Source: Candidatus Buchananbacteria bacterium
GTDB lineage: Bacteria > Patescibacteriota > Patescibacteriia > 2-01-FULL-39-33
Reading direction: 5' to 3'
Assembly (NCBI GenBank): GCA_041665065.1
Contig: JBAYJM010000001.1
Location: 23,116-87,115 of the forward strand
Length of the DNA: 64,000 bases
Position numbers and translations under genes: made by a program. This document shows positions 59,082 to 64,000 of the stretch, one piece after another (positions within the stretch are counted from its first letter, which is position 1; each line of letters begins with the position of its first letter). Below the pieces are notes generated by a model. It was given only the letters and a program-made list of their open reading frames with translations, made no database searches and was not told the DNA's origin.

Positions 59082-60812
59082 TTATTTTTTCTCTGTAATT
59101 TCTTTTTTAATTCCTTCGATAAATTTTGTTAAATCCTGCGATCCAAGATCGCCTTCGCTCCTTTTGCGGACGGCGACAGTCTTAGATTCGACTTCTTTTT
59201 CGCCGACTACTAATATATATGGTGTCTTTTGTTTTTCGGCATTTCTAATTCTTTTGCCAAGCGATTCATCGCTATTATCAAATTCAACTCTAATCCCATT
59301 TTCTAAAAGAATATTTTTAACTTCTTCGCCGTACTCATTAAATTTTTCAGATACAGGGATTATAACCGCTTGAACAGGAGAGAGCCAAATTGGAAATGCG
59401 CCGGCATAATGTTCAATTAAAACTCCGAAAAATCTTTCCATTGAACCGTAAATAACGCGATGAATCATTACTGGACGTTTTTCTTTGCCATCAGAATCAA
59501 TATAATTTAAATTAAATCTTTCTGGCATATTCATATCCAATTGAATTGTTCCGCATTGCCATGTTCTGCCAATCGCATCTTTGATTTTAATATCAATTTT
59601 TGGTCCATAGAAAGCTCCATCACCCTCATTAATATCATATTCTTTTCCTGTGCTATCAAGCGCTTCTTTTAATCCATTTGTTGCCATTTCCCAAGCCTCA
59701 TCCGAGCCGATTGATTTTTCTGGGCGTGTGGAAAGTTCAAGGGAGTAAGTTAAGCCGAATGCAGAATACATTTTGTCTACTAATTTTAATACTCCAAGAA
59801 TTTCATCTTTGATTTGATCTGGTCGCATATAAATATGGGCATCATCTTGATGGAATACTCTAACTCTAAATAGCCCTGACAATACTCCTGACAATTCATG
59901 CCTATGTACCAATCCAATTTCTCCCATACGAAGTGGCAAATCGCGATATGAATGAATATCTTCGCCATACATCAACATTCCACCGGGGCAATTCATCGGT
60001 TTGATAGCATATTCCATATCATCAATCTTGCTTTCATACATATTTTCACGATAATTTTCCCAGTGGCCGGATGTTTCCCATAACTTTCGAGATAACATGA
60101 TTGGAGTTTTGATTTCATCATATCCGGCTTCTCTATGTGCTTCTCTCCAAAAGTTTAGTAGCTCATTCCAAATGATCATTCCTTTTGGTTTGAAAAAAGG
60201 AAAACCAGGACCTTCATCATGGAAAGAAAATAATTCTAATTCCTTGCCTAATTTTTTATGATCTCTTTTTTCAGCCTCTTCTAAAAGTTTTAAATAATCA
60301 AAAAGTTCTTGCTTGGTGGCAAACGCAGTGCCGTAGATCCTTTGCAACATTTTATTTTTTTCATCGCCACGCCAATATGCTCCGGCAATTTTCATTAATT
60401 TAAAAATTCCCAGTTCTTTGGTGGTTTCAACATGAGGGCCTCGGCATAAATCTTCAAATTCTCCGACTTTATAAAAACTAACCATTGTTTCGCCGCCTTT
60501 TTCTAGGTCTTCAATCAGCTCTTTCTTGTACGGCTGGTCTTTAACTCTTTTTAAAGCTTCTTTAATCGGCAGTTCTGTTTTGGTAAATTCTAATTTTTTC
60601 TTGATGATTTCTTCCATTTTCTTTTCGATCTTTTTCAAATCTTCGGGAGAGAAAGTCTTATCGCCCAAATCAAAGTCATAGTAAAAGCCTTCTTCAATTG
60701 TCGGGCCGATTGCAAATTTTACATCTTCAAAAAGCTCTTTGACGGCATAAGCCATGATGTGAGAAGTTGAATGCCTTATTTTATCCAATTGTTCGTTAAT
60801 TTGTTTTGCCAT
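59082..60812 (-). CDS. thrS: Threonine--tRNA ligase
   Basis: RHSTSH, DLCRGPH, RDHKKLG, KPMNCP, FYGPKID, HR.I.GS.ERF. Confidence 0.97.
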   Translation of the reverse strand: MAKQINEQLDKIRHSTSHIMAYAVKELFEDVKFAIGPTIEEGFYYDFDLGDKTFSPEDLKKIEKKMEEIIKKKLEFTKTELPIKEALKRVKDQPYKKELIEDLEKGGETMVSFYKVGEFEDLCRGPHVETTKELGIFKLMKIAGAYWRGDEKNKMLQRIYGTAFATKQELFDYLKLLEEAEKRDHKKLGKELELFSFHDEGPGFPFFKPKGMIIWNELLNFWREAHREAGYDEIKTPIMLSRKLWETSGHWENYRENMYESKIDDMEYAIKPMNCPGGMLMYGEDIHSYRDLPLRMGEIGLVHRHELSGVLSGLFRVRVFHQDDAHIYMRPDQIKDEILGVLKLVDKMYSAFGLTYSLELSTRPEKSIGSDEAWEMATNGLKEALDSTGKEYDINEGDGAFYGPKIDIKIKDAIGRTWQCGTIQLDMNMPERFNLNYIDSDGKEKRPVMIHRVIYGSMERFFGVLIEHYAGAFPIWLSPVQAVIIPVSEKFNEYGEEVKNILLENGIRVEFDNSDESLGKRIRNAEKQKTPYILVVGEKEVESKTVAVRKRSEGDLGSQDLTKFIEGIKKEITEKK

Positions 60813-60816
60813 ATTT

Positions 60817-61359
60817 TTATTTTAATTTTTTATAATCACTTTTTAACATTGCCATTATTATCTCATCCCAAAATCTTCCGTATCGATATATGCTTTGTCT
60901 TTTTATTCCCTCTTTTTTTAATCCGCATTTAGCATAGCATTTAATGCCACCTATATTTCCCTCATAAACAGATAAGCCAAAACGATTAAGTTTAAGAGTG
61001 TTAAAAGAATATTTTATTATTGTTTTTAAAACGTCTTGGCCATATCCTTTATTCCAATAATTTTTGTCTCCAATCATAATGCCCCATTCAGTTTTTTTAT
61101 TTTCTTTGCTTAGTGAATGCAGATCTGTACTGCCAATATGGACTCCGTCTTTTGTATAGATCGACCAAAGCACTTGCTCTTTATTTTCAGCAATTTTTTT
61201 AATGTACTGTTTTTCTTTTACAAGAGTCAAGCCTTTGTTTTGCCTGCCTAAAAATTTTATAACTTCTTCATCCTGGAACCATTTTACAAAGCTTGGCGCC
61301 TCTTTAAGGTTGATTGGTTTTAAAATAATTTTTTTGCCTTTTAAAATTGGACCGTACAT
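60817..61359 (-). CDS. RimJ/RimL-family GNAT acetyltransferase
   Basis: GIMIGDK.YW.KGYG, V...N..CY.K.G...EG. Confidence 0.88.
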   Translation of the reverse strand: MYGPILKGKKIILKPINLKEAPSFVKWFQDEEVIKFLGRQNKGLTLVKEKQYIKKIAENKEQVLWSIYTKDGVHIGSTDLHSLSKENKKTEWGIMIGDKNYWNKGYGQDVLKTIIKYSFNTLKLNRFGLSVYEGNIGGIKCYAKCGLKKEGIKRQSIYRYGRFWDEIIMAMLKSDYKKLK

Positions 61360-61366
61360 ATCATTT

Positions 61367-62119
61367 TTAATTTTTATTTAAAGTTTTTATTGCTGCAACA
61401 AACTTAGCATAAAATTTTTGAGTAATATATTTCGCCGCCTTTCTTAATTCGTTTAAGTTGGGAAAATTACTAGGGTCAAAATTCTGTGCATCTTCTTTGT
61501 CCAAATTTATTTTATAAATTATATCATCTGGTTCAATGTCAGCCTTTCCATATTTGCCTAGGCCATAGTATACCTTTTCATCATAAGGACTTTCATGATC
61601 GGATCTTATTATTAGAAACGTTGATCCTGTTTCGATTAGTTTGTCAATAATCTGCCCTGCAGTTTGAGAGTCGCCATCACCAAGGCTTCTTATGTCCCAG
61701 CCCATACTTTCAAGAAAAAATTTTATTATACTATCGCTAAAATCTTCTATTAAATGTCTTTTTACTTCTGGATCAATATCTTCTTCTTTTTGAATATGGC
61801 TTAAAGCTTCACTGACGGTGTAGCCGATACTACTCGCTCTTTTTATTAAGGCAGGGTGATTTTTGATTATAATTTTCTCATCTTCCTCTCTTAACAAATT
61901 ATAAATATTAGCTATGGCTACCGCGTCTCCGGCTTCAATTCCTTCTGATGCCTCTCTGTCGGCCTGCTCTTTAGTTGTTAAATGTCTTAATCCGAGGCTA
62001 TTTTCATGGATAAATAATAAATCATCAAATTCAAGTTCAGGCCCGTCTTTATAATCTTGATATTCGGGGTCGTCTATACGCTCTTCGGTTGGCTCTCTTT
62101 TAGAAAGAAATTCATTCAT
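61367..62119 (-). CDS. Acidic hypothetical protein
   Basis: Long ORF starting right after the T-box terminator. Confidence 0.7.
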   Translation of the reverse strand: MNEFLSKREPTEERIDDPEYQDYKDGPELEFDDLLFIHENSLGLRHLTTKEQADREASEGIEAGDAVAIANIYNLLREEDEKIIIKNHPALIKRASSIGYTVSEALSHIQKEEDIDPEVKRHLIEDFSDSIIKFFLESMGWDIRSLGDGDSQTAGQIIDKLIETGSTFLIIRSDHESPYDEKVYYGLGKYGKADIEPDDIIYKINLDKEDAQNFDPSNFPNLNELRKAAKYITQKFYAKFVAAIKTLNKN

Positions 62120-62130
62120 AGTATTAAAAT

Positions 62131-62295
62131 AAAAAATCTCCCATCCCAATTATACGCTAATTATAGCATATTATTGGGACGAGAGATGTTCCCGCGGTTC
62201 CACCCAGATTTCCTGCATGTGCAGGACACTTTATTAAATAAGCTTAGTCCGCCGAAGCGGATCCGTATGGAGAACAGTTGGTGGCTGTTCCAATT
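62131..62295 (-). promoter_or_regulatory. T-box riboswitch leader (Thr), minimal form
   Basis: GGGTGGAACCGCGGG (62205-62191), CGTCCC, competing terminator ending in a U-run, ACC in a 5' hairpin loop; upstream of thrS. Confidence 0.85.
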
Positions 62296-62379
62296 GCTGT
62301 ACTTAAATTATTATAAAAAAAGCCCAAAAAGTCAAATGAACCTTGTTTTTATGCCTCATTTTTGCTAATATCAATTATT

Positions 62380-64000
62380 ATGGATTACACAATAATTAAA
62401 GTAAAACAGCAGATAAAAGAGGCGGTACAAAAAGCTTTGGGCCAGGAAATTGACCAAAAGCATATAGAAATAGGAGTTCCGCCGGAAAAAGATATGGGGG
62501 ATTTGGCAATTCCTTGTTTTTATTTTGCAAAATTGCTCCGGCTTTCTCCAAATAGAATAGCCGAAGAATTAAAAAATAAAATACGGCCAGTAGGTTTTAT
62601 TGAATCTGCCAACAATGCCGGACCCTATTTAAATATCATATTAAATAAAAAAGTCCTGGCTCAAAAGGTTTTAAATGAAATCAGTAAGAAAGGCGAAAAA
62701 TTTGGCAGCTTAAAGTCTGACAAAGAAAAAATAATGATTGAGTATTCTAATCCCAATACTCACAAAGAATTTCATATCGGCCATAGTAGAAATGCGATTT
62801 TGGGAGCAAGCTTGGTTAATGTTTATAAATTTGCCGGCAAAAAAGTTATCCCTGTAAATTATATAGGCGATATCGGATCGCATGTGGCTAAATGCCTTTG
62901 GGCTTTGGAGAAATTCCACAAAGACGAGCCTCTGCCCGAAAATAAAGGAAAATATTTGGGAGGAATTTATGGCGAAGCGGTGAGAAGAATTGATGAGAAT
63001 ACAGAGCTCAAAAAAGAAACTGACGAGGTTCAGCAAAAATTGGAATCAGGCGATAAATATTGGATGGCGCTTTGGAAAAAAACAAAAGCATGGAGCATGG
63101 ATGAGCTGAAAGAGATTTATAAATTATTAAATGCAAAATTTGATAAGATTTTTTTTGAAAGCGAAGTGGAAAAGCCCGGCAAAAAAATTGTGGCTGAGTT
63201 AATGGAGAGGGGAATTGCAGAAAAATCCCAGGGAGCGGTAGTAATCAATTTGGAAAAATATAATTTAAGAACTCTTTTACTTCTAAAGTCAGACGGTTCG
63301 TCTCTATATTCCACAAAAGAGTTGGCTCTTGCCCAGTTAAAATTTGATAAGTATAAGATTGATAAGAGCATAGTCATTGTCGATAATCGCCAGGGTTTTT
63401 ATTTTCAACAATTTTTTAAGACATTGGAAATAATGGGATTTGATAAAAAAATGGAGCATATTCCCTATGAATTTGTCACCCTAAAGGATGGCGCAATGTC
63501 ATCGCGATCTGGCAACATTGTCCCTTTTGAAGATTTTTTTGAAAAAGTTGTTGAGTTGGCAAAAGCTGAAACACAAAAGAGGCATCAGGATTGGAACGGG
63601 GAAAAAATCAGCGATGTGTCCCAAAAAATCGCCTTGTCTGCCATTAAATTCAACATGATAAAAACAAATAACAGTAATATTATTGTTTTTGATGTTGAAG
63701 AGGCATTAAGTTTTGACGGATTCACGGGGCCTTATTTGCAATATACTATCAGCAGGATAAATAGCATTCTTAAAAAAGAATCTCCAAAAGGAGAAATTGA
63801 TTTTGCAAAGTTGGAAAATCTACTAGAAAAAGAATTGATTTTAAAGGCTTCGAATTTTCCGGAAATAATTGCTCAGTGCCAAAAAGAAAATCAGCCTAGC
63901 ATTTTAGCTAAATACTTATTCGAATTGGCAAAGCTGTTTTCCAACTATTATCAAAATATCCCAATTTTAAAATCCGAACAAGAAACCAAAAAGGCAAGAT
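62380..64000 (+). CDS. argS: Arginine--tRNA ligase (3'-truncated by the window edge)
   Basis: GDLA.PCF, EYSNPNTHKEFHIGH.RN, KSDG..LY, MSSRSG, GPYLQY; absent from the ORF track because it has no stop in the window. Confidence 0.95.
   Translation, partial: MDYTIIKVKQQIKEAVQKALGQEIDQKHIEIGVPPEKDMGDLAIPCFYFAKLLRLSPNRIAEELKNKIRPVGFIESANNAGPYLNIILNKKVLAQKVLNEISKKGEKFGSLKSDKEKIMIEYSNPNTHKEFHIGHSRNAILGASLVNVYKFAGKKVIPVNYIGDIGSHVAKCLWALEKFHKDEPLPENKGKYLGGIYGEAVRRIDENTELKKETDEVQQKLESGDKYWMALWKKTKAWSMDELKEIYKLLNAKFDKIFFESEVEKPGKKIVAELMERGIAEKSQGAVVINLEKYNLRTLLLLKSDGSSLYSTKELALAQLKFDKYKIDKSIVIVDNRQGFYFQQFFKTLEIMGFDKKMEHIPYEFVTLKDGAMSSRSGNIVPFEDFFEKVVELAKAETQKRHQDWNGEKISDVSQKIALSAIKFNMIKTNNSNIIVFDVEEALSFDGFTGPYLQYTISRINSILKKESPKGEIDFAKLENLLEKELILKASNFPEIIAQCQKENQPSILAKYLFELAKLFSNYYQNIPILKSEQETKKAR

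Noticed and set aside
1-64000. Alternative genetic code (UGA as Gly) as in Gracilibacteria/Absconditabacteria
   Set aside because: Conserved genes are full length under code 11 and TGA ends genes in ATGA overlaps (for example 2642-2645 and 43910-43913)
1-64000. Prophage, IS, integron, retron or DGR
   Set aside because: No integrase, transposase, reverse transcriptase, phage structural gene or attC-like array recognised

Overview
AT-rich bacterial chromosome segment using the standard genetic code. The gene set suggests Patescibacteria/CPR (Parcubacteria-like); this is inference from PilB, DUF5666, the TrmB-like regulator, split PEP-synthase-like genes, RNHCP and housekeeping genes lacking SD motifs. 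The housekeeping backbone is galE, nfo, tRNA-Glu, tsaD, tsaE, ftsH, rpsA, thrS and argS. It is interspersed with an ECF sigma/MacAB-like operon, lipid-scavenging genes, 7TM sensor genes and about ten higher-GC solo genes, most with their own promoter, SD and terminator. Best leads: (1) a radical SAM/SPASM enzyme with a C-terminal RRE-like domain overlapping a 46-aa Cys/Asp-rich precursor missed by the ORF track, carrying four CX3D motifs (ranthipeptide-like RiPP); (2) a ~420-nt, independently transcribed, highly structured RNA with a duplicated 19-nt motif; (3) a split PEP-synthase-like phosphotransfer operon with a GHKL ATPase fused to a phospho-His swivel domain and a divergent histidine phosphatase; (4) a minimal T-box with the Thr codon ACC in a terminal loop; (5) a leader-peptide attenuator in front of a HelD-like gene. 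All family calls come from reading motifs by eye; no searches were run.
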